From contig NC_008578.1 in assembly GCF_000015025.1 (NCBI RefSeq), positions 1,350,001 to 1,382,000 on the forward strand: a stretch of 32,000 nt of DNA, in the 5' to 3' direction. Under the pieces are notes generated by a model, which had not been told where the DNA came from, did no database searches, and worked only from the letters and a program-made list of their open reading frames with translations. The position numbers were made by a program, and so were the translations under genes. Position 1 is the first letter of the stretch. Each line of letters starts with the position of its first letter. This document shows, one piece after another, positions 1 to 8,083 of the stretch. This DNA is from Acidothermus cellulolyticus 11B (GTDB lineage Bacteria; Actinomycetota; Actinomycetes; Acidothermales; Acidothermaceae).

Positions 1-968
1 CGACGTCTGCCATCGTCGCCGTCCTCGTCGCTGCCGCGATTCCCGCTCTCGCCACCGGGATTCCGCGTCCGACGAAGGGAACCCGATTGCAGGTCGCGGT
101 GATTCAGGGCAATGTGCCGCATCCCGGCACGCACTTCCTGGGTCGAGCCCAGCAAGTGCTCAACAACCATCTGCGGGAAACCGCGGTGCTGGAAACCGGG
201 GTACAGGACGGTCGGTGGAGGGCACCGAATCTGGTCATCTGGCCCGAGAACGCCTCTGACGTCGACCCCCTCCAGACCGCATCCGCCCGGACGGCGATCC
301 AACAGGCGGCCGACGAGCTCGGGGTTCCGCTCCTCGTCGGAGCGGTCGTGGACGCCGGCCCGGATCACCTGCGCAACGAGGGCATCGTCTGGCAGCCGCG
401 GACCGGTCCTGCGGCGTCGTACGCGAAACGCCACCTGGTGCCGTTCGGCGAGTACATCCCGTGGCGTGGGCTGGTCTCGCATCTGACGAGCCTCGTCAAC
501 CTGGTGCCGTGGAATTTCCTGCCGGGACATGGGAACGGCGTCCTCGACACCGGCGCAGCCCGGTTGGCGGACGTGATCTGCTTCGAGATCGCCTTCGACG
601 ACACGGTACGCAGCGGCGTGGTCGGCGGCGGGCAGCTCATCGTCGTGCAGACCAACAACGCGACGTACATGCGCACCGCCGAGCCCGCACAGCAGCTGGC
701 GATGTCCCAGCTGCGTGCCGTGGAGCACGGCCGGGCGGTCGTCGTGGCGTCCACGAGCGGGATCAGCGCGGTCATCAGTCCCGACGGCCGCGTCGTCGCC
801 CGGACCGCCCAGTTGACGCCCGCGGTCCTGGACGAAACCGTGCCGCTACGCTCAACACTCACCGTGGCGGACCGGCTGGGCGCGGCACCCGAGTGGGTGC
901 TCGGCATACTCGGCCTACTGGCCGTGCTCATCGGTCTCGTCACCGAGAGGCTGCGCCAACGGGAGTAG
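1..968 (+). CDS. lnt: apolipoprotein N-acyltransferase, CN-hydrolase domain plus last TM helix; 5' end lies upstream of the window
   Basis: The frame of listed ORF 87..968 stays open back to base 3 (TSAIVAVLVAAAIPALATGIPRPTKGTR precedes the TTG at 87), so the gene is truncated by the window edge. Lnt-type motifs are present: VIWPENASD, VPFGEYIPWR, ICFEIAFDD, VQTNNATY, plus a C-terminal hydrophobic helix. ppm1 follows after 10 bp, as in mycobacteria (the two are fused in M. tuberculosis Rv2051c). Confidence 0.85.
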   Translation, partial: TSAIVAVLVAAAIPALATGIPRPTKGTRLQVAVIQGNVPHPGTHFLGRAQQVLNNHLRETAVLETGVQDGRWRAPNLVIWPENASDVDPLQTASARTAIQQAADELGVPLLVGAVVDAGPDHLRNEGIVWQPRTGPAASYAKRHLVPFGEYIPWRGLVSHLTSLVNLVPWNFLPGHGNGVLDTGAARLADVICFEIAFDDTVRSGVVGGGQLIVVQTNNATYMRTAEPAQQLAMSQLRAVEHGRAVVVASTSGISAVISPDGRVVARTAQLTPAVLDETVPLRSTLTVADRLGAAPEWVLGILGLLAVLIGLVTERLRQRE

Positions 969-978
969 AGGGAGCATC

Positions 979-1752
979 GTGGACATCGCAGATCTCGGCC
1001 GAATCCTCGTCGTCATACCGACCTACCAGGAGCGGGACAACCTCCCGGGGGTCGTGGCCCGGGTGCGCGCTGCCGTGCCGAGCGCGGACATCCTGATCGC
1101 CGACGACAACAGCCCGGACGGCACCGGAAGGCTGGCCGACGAGCTTGCCGAGCGCGATGCGCGGATTCACGTCCTGCACCGGCCCGGCAAGGCGGGTCTC
1201 GGTGCCGCGTACCTCGCCGGTTTCCGTTGGGCGCTGGACCGCGGTTACCAGGTGGTCGTCGAAATGGACGCCGACGGCTCACACCGTCCGGAGCACCTGC
1301 CGGAAATCCTCGCCGCCCTGACGGACGCCGACGTCGCTCTCGGCTCCCGGTGGGTGCCCGGGGGAGCAGTGGTGAATTGGCCCAAATCCCGGGAAGCCCT
1401 GTCCCGTCTGGGAAATGCCTACGCCCGAACGGTTCTGGGCATTCCGGTCCGTGATGCCACCGGCGGCTTCCGGGCCTACCGGGCGAACGTGCTGCGAGCC
1501 ATTCCGTTGGACGACGTCCGGTCGCAGGGCTATTGCTTCCAGGTCGACCTTGTCCTCCGCAGCATCGAACACGGGTTCCGGGTCGTCGAAGTCCCGATCA
1601 CGTTCGTCGAACGCGAGCACGGTGCCAGCAAGATGAGCCGGGCCATCGTCGCTGAGGCGCTCTGGCGGGTGACCGTTTGGGGTGTCCAGCGGCGGCTCGG
1701 ACTACGGTCAACCCCGGCGCGACCCGCCGTCCCCGATTCGGTCGGGGGCTGA
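979..1752 (+). CDS. ppm1: polyprenol-monophosphomannose synthase (GT2 family)
   Basis: GTG start 10 bp after the lnt stop. GT2 / dolichol-phosphate-mannose synthase motifs: VVIPTYQERDNL, ADDNSPDGT, VVVEMDADGSH, GGFRAYR. The lnt-ppm1-rbpA neighbourhood matches Rv2051c-Rv2050. Confidence 0.85.
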   Translation: MDIADLGRILVVIPTYQERDNLPGVVARVRAAVPSADILIADDNSPDGTGRLADELAERDARIHVLHRPGKAGLGAAYLAGFRWALDRGYQVVVEMDADGSHRPEHLPEILAALTDADVALGSRWVPGGAVVNWPKSREALSRLGNAYARTVLGIPVRDATGGFRAYRANVLRAIPLDDVRSQGYCFQVDLVLRSIEHGFRVVEVPITFVEREHGASKMSRAIVAEALWRVTVWGVQRRLGLRSTPARPAVPDSVGG

Positions 1753-1842
1753 CTCACGCGACGACGCCCGCAACCACCGACGCCCGGTATGCGCGCCTCC
1801 GACGGCCCACCGGGGCTATGCCGGCCCGGTCGCACCGCGCCG

Positions 1843-1897
1843 CGCCGGGGTTGGCCGGCTCGCCGGGGCTGGCCGGCTCGCCGGGGCTGGCCGGCTC
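1843..1897. repeat. 18-bp tandem repeat, about 3 units (GGCCGGCTCGCCGGGGCT)
   Basis: Perfect units at 1853-1870 and 1871-1888. Partial copies at 1843-1852 (one mismatch) and 1889-1897. The last copy contains the rbpA stop codon (TCA at 1896-1898 on the + strand). Confidence 0.9.
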
Positions 1898-2240
1898 AGG
1901 ACGACGTACCGCGGCTCTTGCGCAGTTCGGCGAGGCGCTCCTGCAGCAGAGCCTCCAGCTCGGGGATGCTGCGCCGTTCCCGGAGCATGTCCCAGTGGCT
2001 GCGGGCTGGTTTCGTCTTGGGCGCCGGGGGAGGCCCGGTGTCCTCTCGCCGCGCGCTCGCCCCGCAGAACCGGCACTCCCAGACCGCAGGGACCTGAGCA
2101 TCAGCGGCGAACGGCACCTCCAGCTGGTGACCGTTGGGACAGGTGTACTTTGCGATCTGACGCTGCGCCGGCTCAGTCCCCTCGTCGTTCTCGTAACTCA
2201 CGGCGCCCAAACGGCTACCTCGCAGCGCTCGCTCCGCCAT
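1896..2240 (-). CDS. rbpA: RNA polymerase-binding protein RbpA
   Basis: The inner ATG (residue 41 of listed ORF 1896..2360) is preceded by AAGGAGG. The product reads MAERALRGSRLGAVSYENDEG...YTCPNGHQLEVPF...WECRFCG...SHWDMLRERRSIPELEALLQERL. This is the RbpA architecture, with Cys/His zinc-ribbon ligands retained and a C-terminal sigma-interaction helix. Confidence 0.9.
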   Translation of the reverse strand: MAERALRGSRLGAVSYENDEGTEPAQRQIAKYTCPNGHQLEVPFAADAQVPAVWECRFCGASARREDTGPPPAPKTKPARSHWDMLRERRSIPELEALLQERLAELRKSRGTSS

Positions 2241-2352
2241 CGTGCCTCCTTCGGATCGACTCCGCGATCCGTTTCCAACACCGCTGTGTCTTCCAGCATG
2301 CCCGATCCCGGTAGGGTAGGGGACTGCCGCCTCCCGACCCGCCAGGACGCCG

Positions 2353-2997
2353 ATGACCAACCGCCCGACCCTGCCGCCGCAAATCCGTCAGACACAGGTC
2401 ATCGCCATCATCCGGGGAAACGACGTCCGACGCCTCAGCGCGGTGGTCGACGCTCTTTTGGACGGCGGGCTGCGCTGCGTCGAAATCACGATGACCATAC
2501 CGGACGCTCTCGGCGTGCTTCGCGACATCGTCGCTGCCGTCGGAGACCGGGCATGTGTCGGCGCCGGTACCGTCCTTGACACCGACCAGGCGAGAGCGGC
2601 CCTGGACGCCGGAGCCCGATTCCTAGTCGCTCCGTGCCTGGTGCCGGAGGTCATGACGGCCGTACCTGCGGATGTCCCGGTGATCCCGGGCGCGTTCACA
2701 GCCACGGAGATCCTGGCCGCATGGCGTTCCGGCGCGGCCGCTGTGAAGGTGTTTCCCGCGGCCACCGGCGGACCCGGCTATCTGCGGGACATCCGGGGAC
2801 CGTTGCCGGACATTCCGCTGATCCCAACCGGCGGGATCGCGGTTGGCGATGTTGCGGCGTATCTAGCCGCCGGCGCGGTGGCCGTCGGATTGGGTGGGAG
2901 TCTCCTCGGCGACGCACTCGCCGGTGGCGATCTCACGGCGCTCAAAGGCCGAGCCGCCGAGGCACTCGCAGCAGCTCGGTGCGCGAGGTCCGGATGA
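2353..2997 (+). CDS. eda: 2-dehydro-3-deoxyphosphogluconate (KDPG) / 4-hydroxy-2-oxoglutarate aldolase
   Basis: Class I KDPG aldolase pattern: IAIIRG, CVEITM, GAGTVL, AAVKVFPA (Schiff-base Lys context), IPTGG. Its stop overlaps the next start (ATGA at 2994-2997). Confidence 0.85.
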   Translation: MTNRPTLPPQIRQTQVIAIIRGNDVRRLSAVVDALLDGGLRCVEITMTIPDALGVLRDIVAAVGDRACVGAGTVLDTDQARAALDAGARFLVAPCLVPEVMTAVPADVPVIPGAFTATEILAAWRSGAAAVKVFPAATGGPGYLRDIRGPLPDIPLIPTGGIAVGDVAAYLAAGAVAVGLGGSLLGDALAGGDLTALKGRAAEALAAARCARSG

Positions 2998-3983
2998 CGG
3001 CAATTGAGGTGCCCACCACAGCCGCGTCGGCGGGGGCTGTCGAGTTCTGCACCATCGGGGAGACCATGGGGTTAATCGGCGCGACCGAGGTCGGGCCCCT
3101 CCGCAATGGTGCGTTGATGCGCCTGGGGCTGGGCGGCGCGGAGTCCAATGTGGCTATCGGCATCCGCCGGCTCGGTCATTCGGCCGCCTGGATCAGCCGG
3201 GTCGGTGACGATCCGCTCGGTGCGCTGATCGTGCGTGAGCTGCGTGCGGAGCAGGTGAACGTGGACTACGTCCGGGTCGACCCCGGAGCGCCGACTGGTC
3301 TCATGATGAAAATTCAGCGGACGGCGGCGGCGTCCGAGGTGCATTACTTGCGGAAGGGGAGTGCGGCAGCTCACCTCGCACCAGCAGACGTGCCAGCGGA
3401 GGTCGTCAGTCAGTCACGCATCCTGCACGTCACCGGTATCACGCCAGCACTCAGCTCCTCGGCACACGCTGCGATCCGGACCGCGGTGGACATCGCGAGG
3501 AACGCGGGCGTAACGGTGAGCTTCGACGTCAATCTGCGGACACGGCTCTGGCGAGACGCGGATCCGCGGCCGGTGCTGCGCGAGTTGACGGCGCTGGCCG
3601 ACGTCGTCTTTGCGTCGGAACACGAAGCGGAGCTGCTCGTGACGGCCACGGATCCGGTGGAGGCCGTCCGAGCGCTCAGCGACCTTGGACCTCGTACGGC
3701 GGTGCTCAAGCGGGGAGCACAGGGCTACGTCGCGTATGTCGACGGGGAAATTTTCCACGACACGGCCATTCCGGTACCCGTTGCTGACACTGTCGGCGCC
3801 GGTGACGCGTTCGTTGCAGGATTTCTGGCCGGTGTGCTTGACGATATGCCGGCGTCCGAGGCACTGTCGCTGGCGAATTACTGCGGGGCACTCGTTGTTG
3901 CCGCCGTCGGAGATTGGGAAGGGCTGCCGACACATGCTGAGATAGCGGAATTCCGCGCTCGGCGTGACGCGGTGTCCCGCTAG
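2994..3983 (+). CDS. kdgK: PfkB-family sugar kinase, probable 2-dehydro-3-deoxygluconokinase
   Basis: The ATG at 2994 is residue 121 of the over-extended listed ORF 2634..3983 and overlaps the eda stop. PfkB motifs GGAESNVAIG and DTVGAGDAFVAGFL are present. The substrate is inferred only from the pairing with eda. Confidence 0.75.
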   Translation: MTAIEVPTTAASAGAVEFCTIGETMGLIGATEVGPLRNGALMRLGLGGAESNVAIGIRRLGHSAAWISRVGDDPLGALIVRELRAEQVNVDYVRVDPGAPTGLMMKIQRTAAASEVHYLRKGSAAAHLAPADVPAEVVSQSRILHVTGITPALSSSAHAAIRTAVDIARNAGVTVSFDVNLRTRLWRDADPRPVLRELTALADVVFASEHEAELLVTATDPVEAVRALSDLGPRTAVLKRGAQGYVAYVDGEIFHDTAIPVPVADTVGAGDAFVAGFLAGVLDDMPASEALSLANYCGALVVAAVGDWEGLPTHAEIAEFRARRDAVSR

Positions 3984-4088
3984 CCGGCAGAATGCAGCGG
4001 ACACCCGAACGGCCTGAAGCGGCGCTCGTCCCCACGACGTGTGCCAACGCCTGATTCTTTCCGGCAGTTCAACGGGAGACGCCGTCCG

Positions 4089-4712
4089 TCAATCCTGTCG
4101 TGAAAATCCCACGGCGTCATTGAGCCGGTGCCGCGCGTAATACCGGCCGACCCGGGTGCGATTTCCACAAATACTCGCCGAACACCAACGTCTCCTCGCA
4201 TGCGTTGCGGCAAAAAGGAGCGTGCAGTCCGCGGCGGCGCATTCACGTACCAGAACGGCAAGGGGACTGGCGAGAAACTCCACCGTGGCTTCGGCGAGCG
4301 CGGCCAACAATTGCGCTTCCGGCGAGCCGATACGCGCAGTGTCGACGCGCACGCCGTCGTCCCAGGAAAGCTGCGGAAAACTCGGCGCCGCACGGAGCAG
4401 CTCATTTACCGCCTGCATGGCATCGGCCGGAAGCCGGTCACCAAAGCGGGCGGCGTCAACCAGGGTCTGCACGTGGCCGCGTAACGCCCGGACGCGGTCA
4501 AGGGTCCGCGCGGTGACCGTGACGACGGGGAGCCGGTCCGCTTCCGCGAGCAGCCACTCCTCCAATCCACCCACCGAGGCCAGCACATCGCCGGCCTCAC
4601 CGGCGGCGCTGCGCGCGGTGTTGACAAGGTCAAGCGGCAGCGGTTCGCCGATGAGCGGACTGACGATCCGTGCGGGCATGTTCGGTAATGGTACGCCGAC
4701 CAGTGCTCGCAT
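4089..4712 (-). CDS. CGNR zinc-finger / ABATE-domain protein (putative regulator)
   Basis: The C-terminus reads CAAADCTLLFAATHARRRWCSASICGNRTRVGRYYARH, the CGNR zinc-finger signature. The N-terminal PLDLVNT matches ABATE domains. An alternative ATG start exists at 4679. Confidence 0.85.
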   Translation of the reverse strand: MRALVGVPLPNMPARIVSPLIGEPLPLDLVNTARSAAGEAGDVLASVGGLEEWLLAEADRLPVVTVTARTLDRVRALRGHVQTLVDAARFGDRLPADAMQAVNELLRAAPSFPQLSWDDGVRVDTARIGSPEAQLLAALAEATVEFLASPLAVLVRECAAADCTLLFAATHARRRWCSASICGNRTRVGRYYARHRLNDAVGFSRQD

Positions 4713-4817
4713 TAAAGAGCCGCTGGGTAAGAGCCGCCGTCTGGGGCGCTGCCAGCGACGTCGCGGCGCAGGGTCGACCCGGTTGCCCCTAAGGCAGGGA
4801 GCGTTGGCGCTGCGCGT

Positions 4818-5447
4818 TCAGCGGTGCGCGCGCAGTCGGGACAGACCAGCGATTCCCACTGTTATGCAGGCTGCCGCCAAGCCGATCAACGCACCGAAGA
4901 TCGCCCCTTCAACCGCCGCGAACGGCGACGTCGGCAGGTAGGTGCGCACACCGACGATAAATCCAGCAATCGCCCCAAGAACCGCGCCGACGGCGAGTCC
5001 CGCGACGAGGACGTCGCTCACGCTCCGCGGCGGTCGACTCACGGTCTGCCGCAGTTGGACGAGCCGGTTTGCGGGGAGTGCCTGCGCGCCAAAAGCGACG
5101 AGGGGTCCGACAAGAACCGCAGCAACGATACCGACGAGGACGAGCGCCACTTCGACCGCGACCGGCACGTCAATGGGACCGCGGTAGAACTCGGCCGCTA
5201 GGAGTTCCGCGACCGTGGCGAGCAGGCCCGAACCCAGTTGTGCCGCCCGCTTCGACGTCGTCCGTGCCGCGATCGCGCCGAGAATTCCCCCATTCAACGC
5301 GCCGATAACAATTCCCGCCAGCGCGCCTTCGGCCGCTCCAGCTGCCGTCCCGACAAACAACCAATGCACCGAGCCGGCGATGCCTCCGAGTGCCGTGCCG
5401 ATACACCCAAAGCTTGCGATACCTCGTGCGACGGTGGCCTTGCTCAT
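4818..5447 (-). CDS. hypothetical integral membrane protein with internally duplicated Gly/Ala-rich helices
   Basis: GGAGGAGG lies 5 nt upstream of the ATG at 5447 (the listed ORF starts one codon earlier, at GTG 5450). The protein is almost entirely hydrophobic, with Gly/Ala-zipper segments. The motif [14 protein letters not shown] in the N-half recurs as [14 protein letters not shown] in the C-half. I recognise no family. Confidence 0.65.
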   Translation of the reverse strand: MSKATVARGIASFGCIGTALGGIAGSVHWLFVGTAAGAAEGALAGIVIGALNGGILGAIAARTTSKRAAQLGSGLLATVAELLAAEFYRGPIDVPVAVEVALVLVGIVAAVLVGPLVAFGAQALPANRLVQLRQTVSRPPRSVSDVLVAGLAVGAVLGAIAGFIVGVRTYLPTSPFAAVEGAIFGALIGLAAACITVGIAGLSRLRAHR

Positions 5448-5726
5448 CACGGCCTCCTCCCAGTCGGAGCATGCACCTCGATCATAACGGTCGCCGGTGG
5501 AGTGGTTCGACAGCGTGATGCAGCAGAACGCGAATTCTCATTACCGACAGGGGAATGCGCGGTGCCAGTACGTGAAATTCACTTTCGCGCGGCGACGAAA
5601 ACCCAGACGCGCCCGGAACGGGAACATTACCCCGAAGAACCCTTGCCACGTCGTCCGCCGGCCTGGCGCCGTCCGTGCCGCGTGGTAGCCTCGCGCCTAT
5701 CGACGAGGCGAATACGGAGGTCCGCG

Positions 5727-6188
5727 GTGGCTGGCTCACGATCACGAGGACGGACCGAGGAGACCGGCAGGTGGACCGCGGAGGAGCGCCGTGCGATGAA
5801 GGAACGCGCGGCGGAAATCGCAGCTGAGCGCGCCGGAACCGCAACGCCGGCCGAGCAGGAGGCGGCTGTGCTCGCCAAGATAGCCGAGCTGCCGGAGGGC
5901 GACCGTGCGATCGCTGAAGACCTCCACAAACTCATCCGCGAATTCGCCCCGACGCTCACGCCTCGGCTCTGGTACGGCATGCCGGCGTACGCAAAAGACG
6001 GCAAAGTGCTCTGCTTCCTGCAGCCGGCGTCCAAGTTCAAGGCGCGGTACGCGACCCTCGGTTTCAGTGACGCCGCGCAGCTCGACGACGGCCAGATGTG
6101 GCCCACGAGCTTCGCGTTACGCCAGCTCGGCGACGCCGAAGCCACCCGGATCCGTGAGCTGCTCGCCCGAGCCCTCGGAACTGCTTGA
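5727..6188 (+). CDS. DUF1801 (YdhG-like) domain protein
   Basis: The GTG at 5727 (residue 164 of listed ORF 5238..6188) is preceded by GGAGG at 5716-5720. The product shows [12 protein letters not shown]...[33 protein letters not shown], typical of DUF1801 proteins. An ATG at 5796 is an alternative start. Confidence 0.7.
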   Translation: MAGSRSRGRTEETGRWTAEERRAMKERAAEIAAERAGTATPAEQEAAVLAKIAELPEGDRAIAEDLHKLIREFAPTLTPRLWYGMPAYAKDGKVLCFLQPASKFKARYATLGFSDAAQLDDGQMWPTSFALRQLGDAEATRIRELLARALGTA

Positions 6189-6335
6189 TCTCGGCGAAGG
6201 AAACTCAACCGCACTGCGCCGATAAGAGACATTATGTCAACTAATTCGGATTTCCGGACGTTGACCTCGACCCTGTAACGCGCGACGACCCGCGCCGAGA
6301 CCGCCGCACGTGCGGATCAATGCGCGCCGGTTAGC

Positions 6336-7655
6336 GTGAGCGCGGTGTCCACCGTCAGCTCGTCACATGTGCCGCCACGGGCCAGCCACGCCGCGTGGCT
6401 GGCCACATTGCTCCTGCTCGCCGCGATCAACATGCGGACGGCCGTCACCAGCGTCGGCCCGCTGCTCGACGTCCTCGAACGCCGGATCGGCTTGTCCAGC
6501 GCGATGGCCGGCGTTCTCACCACCCTGCCGGTCCTCGCCTTCGCCGGCCTAGGCGCCCTCACCCCCCGGTTTGCGCGTCGCTTCGGCGAAGCACGGACGC
6601 TCGCCGTTGCGTTGGGCGTCATGACCATGGGTGTCGCACTGCGCAGCGTCGTCAACTCAGCGTGGCTCTTCCTCGCGTTGAGTGTGCCCGCGCTTGCGGG
6701 CGGAGCAATGGGCAACATCGTGTTGCCGGTCCTGGTGAAACGGCATTTCCCTCGCCGGATCGGCCCGCTCACGGCGGCGTACACCACGGTGATGGCCATC
6801 GGCACCACCCTGGCGGCCGGCCTGACCGTGCCCATCGCCGAGCTGCCCGGCCACCTCGACTGGCGACTCGGTGTCGGCGTGTGGGCCATCCCAGCCGCGG
6901 CAGCCACCCTGCTCTGGTTGCCGCCGGCGTTCGGGGCACATGGAGTCCGCGTCACCAGCGAACACCGAACGCGACTCCCGCTCCACCGCAGCGGTACGGC
7001 CTGGGCGTTGGCCATCCTCTTCGCGTCCCAGTCCATCCAGGCGTACGTGGCGTTCGGCTGGTTCGCCGCCTATTTCCAGGCCGCCGCGCACAGCTCACCC
7101 GGACACGCCGGTCTGCTGGTCGCCGTCTTGTCCGCGGTACAAATTCCCGTCTCGCTGCTGGTTCCCGTTCTCGCCGGCCGGCTCAACTCCCAACGCCCCC
7201 TGGTCGTCGGGCTCGTCGCGTGCTACCTCGCGGCGTACCTCGGCATGATCGTCTCTCCGCGCGCCGGCGACTGGGCATGGGCGACGCTCGCCGGCATCGG
7301 CGGCGGCGTTTTTCCCCTGGTGCTGGCCCTCCTCGGCCTGCGGGCTCGAACCGCGGCTGTCACGCGAACCCTGTCGGCGTTCGCCCAGAGCATCGGATAC
7401 ATCGTCGCCGGCACCGGGCCGTTACTCGTCGGCGTCACGCACGGCGCATTCCACAATTGGATAGGCATGTTTGTCATGCTTTTCACCGCATTGGCGGCGA
7501 TTCTCGTGAGCGGCTGGTGGGTCGGCGTCCCGCGGTACGTCGACGATGACCTCCCGTCGGCATACTCGCCCGCCATTTCGGGAACCTCCCCGACATGGCA
7601 ACCGCTGTTGCCGGCGTCCGGTGAGCTCCGCCGCACGGAAGGGACCGAGCAATGA
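6336..7655 (+). CDS. MFS transporter (CynX/NimT-like)
   Basis: About 12 predicted hydrophobic helices. The N-terminal LLLLAAINMRTAVTSVGPLL...GLSSAMAGVLTTLPVLAFAG resembles the cyanate-permease-like MFS subfamily. The GTG start is uncertain by a few codons. Confidence 0.8.
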   Translation: MSAVSTVSSSHVPPRASHAAWLATLLLLAAINMRTAVTSVGPLLDVLERRIGLSSAMAGVLTTLPVLAFAGLGALTPRFARRFGEARTLAVALGVMTMGVALRSVVNSAWLFLALSVPALAGGAMGNIVLPVLVKRHFPRRIGPLTAAYTTVMAIGTTLAAGLTVPIAELPGHLDWRLGVGVWAIPAAAATLLWLPPAFGAHGVRVTSEHRTRLPLHRSGTAWALAILFASQSIQAYVAFGWFAAYFQAAAHSSPGHAGLLVAVLSAVQIPVSLLVPVLAGRLNSQRPLVVGLVACYLAAYLGMIVSPRAGDWAWATLAGIGGGVFPLVLALLGLRARTAAVTRTLSAFAQSIGYIVAGTGPLLVGVTHGAFHNWIGMFVMLFTALAAILVSGWWVGVPRYVDDDLPSAYSPAISGTSPTWQPLLPASGELRRTEGTEQ

Positions 7656-8083
7656 GCATGACGGACGAGGTGACGGAAGCCCTCGAAGAGACCGCCGACG
7701 TCGCCCGGAAGACCGCAGCCCATCAGCAGGAAATTGCCGAATTAGCCGACGAAGCACGGACGGCGCATGCGCACGGCGCGTCATGGACCGCGCCCCATCA
7801 GGCCCGGCAACTCCGACTCATCCTGGCCATGCTGACCACGTGCATCAGTCAATTGTCCCGCGTACTTGCCCATCTGCGTCGGTCCTGGGCACGCGCTCTG
7901 CTCGCGGAGGGACTCTCACTTCGACACATTGCCCGCATCTTTGGTGTCTCCCATCAGCGAATCGCCGCGATTCTTCGACATCGGCACGCACCTGCCCTAT
8001 TCGGCGGGAACCGCTCGACCACCGGCGAAGACGACGAGTCCGAGAGCGCCGATGAGTACCGCGAGCGCGGGAATGTGGAATAG
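7652..8083 (+). CDS. small helix-turn-helix protein (sigma-70 region-4-like HTH), function unknown
   Basis: The ATG overlaps the MFS stop (ATGA at 7652-7655). It has an acidic, coiled N-terminus, a clear HTH (GLSLRHIARIFGVSHQRIAAIL) and an acidic tail. Roughly 30 percent of codons end in A/T by hand count, more than in neighbouring core genes. The last 87 nt overlap the convergent EamA gene. Confidence 0.55.
   Translation: MSMTDEVTEALEETADVARKTAAHQQEIAELADEARTAHAHGASWTAPHQARQLRLILAMLTTCISQLSRVLAHLRRSWARALLAEGLSLRHIARIFGVSHQRIAAILRHRHAPALFGGNRSTTGEDDESESADEYRERGNVE

Noticed and set aside
2241-2352. Possible SigR-type (GGAAT-N18-GTT) promoter upstream of rbpA, as known in Streptomyces
   Set aside because: GGAA and GTT elements are present on the minus strand (GGAAGACACAGCGGTGTTGG), but their spacing is far from 18-19 nt. 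I could not find a correctly spaced match.
1677-2579. 300-aa + strand ORF containing a collagen-like PGLAGSPGLAGSPGLAGS repeat
   Set aside because: The peptide repeat is just the translation of the 18-bp DNA tandem repeat. The ORF overlaps ppm1, rbpA (antisense) and eda in wrong frames.
5497-5688. 63-aa + strand ORF inside the divergent 5451-5726 spacer
   Set aside because: It has no SD upstream of its GTG and a basic low-complexity C-half. It lies where promoters for two divergent genes are expected. No recognisable family.
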